Below, piece by piece: positions 63,933-64,000 of a stretch of 64,000 bases of DNA. A program made the position numbers and the translations under genes. The notes under the pieces are model-generated. The model was not told the origin of the DNA. It ran no database searches and worked only from the letters and a program-made list of their open reading frames with translations. Within the stretch, counting starts at the first letter, position 1; each line of letters begins with the position of its first letter. This DNA comes from Bacillota bacterium (GTDB taxonomy: Bacteria > Bacillota > Dethiobacteria > DTU022). The DNA lies in assembly GCA_030611385.1 (NCBI GenBank), contig JAUWPV010000002.1, positions 15,433-79,432 of the forward strand, written 5' to 3'.

Positions 63933-64000
63933 ATGTTTACAGGTGAATATCAGCATTCTCTGGATGGAAAGGGAAGGGTCATCATTCCTTCGCGCCTGCG
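63933..64000 (+). CDS. mraZ: Transcriptional regulator MraZ (5' fragment; continues past the window)
   Basis: MFTGEYQHSLDGKGRVIIPSRL matches the MraZ N-terminus. RBS GGAGG 7 nt upstream. Confidence 0.6.
   Translation, partial: MFTGEYQHSLDGKGRVIIPSRL

Noticed and set aside
1-64000. Mobile elements, prophage, CRISPR arrays, toxin-antitoxin or other defence islands
   Set aside because: No transposase, integrase or recombinase, Cas genes, repeat-spacer arrays or terminal inverted repeats were seen. The only signs of possible horizontal insertion are the bglA gene inside the fds operon and the two tRNA loci without adjacent integrases.

Overview
This 64 kb window reads as chromosomal DNA from an anaerobic Firmicutes/Clostridia-type bacterium of moderate GC content. 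Gene order is strongly Bacillus/Clostridium-like: secD-secF-yrvD-recJ-relA-hisS-aspS and murT/gatD are present, prsA and an archaeal-type proS with a free-standing proX editing factor occur, and mraZ lies at the 3' edge. The window is gene-dense on both strands. I found no transposases, integrases, prophage genes or CRISPR arrays. Two tRNAs are present: a tRNA-Sec (UCA anticodon, 8-bp acceptor stem, long variable arm) at 12054-12147, and a minus-strand tRNA-Arg(CCG) at 32817-32891. Alongside housekeeping genes, the window carries anaerobic redox and C1 modules, and seven features stand out. (1) A corrinoid methyltransferase module (B12-binding corrinoid protein, a HyuA-like ASKHA ATPase and a pterin-binding methyl-THF methyltransferase) has no recognisable substrate methyltransferase; a tandem-cyclase protein sits next to it under its own promoter, and a RACo-type reductive activator is encoded 21 kb away. 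(2) An ArsR regulator, a HesB/IscA-like selenoprotein gene with an in-frame TGA, and desulforedoxin form a small cluster. (3) A tungsten-type aldehyde:ferredoxin oxidoreductase sits with MoaD-like and ferredoxin genes, a class-III aminotransferase and a Na+/solute symporter that has a 409-nt leader. (4) An NAD-type formate dehydrogenase operon (NuoE-like, NuoF-like, NuoG-FdhA fusion, FdhD) is interrupted by a GH1 beta-glucosidase gene, and the FdhA reading frame ends about 100 residues early at that point. (5) A class-III aminotransferase is fused to an acyl-ACP-reductase-like thioester reductase in one 874-aa protein, downstream of an M16 peptidase pair. (6) hisS and aspS form a single in-frame 1029-aa ORF. 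(7) A protein of roughly 20 MORN repeats lies next to tatC.
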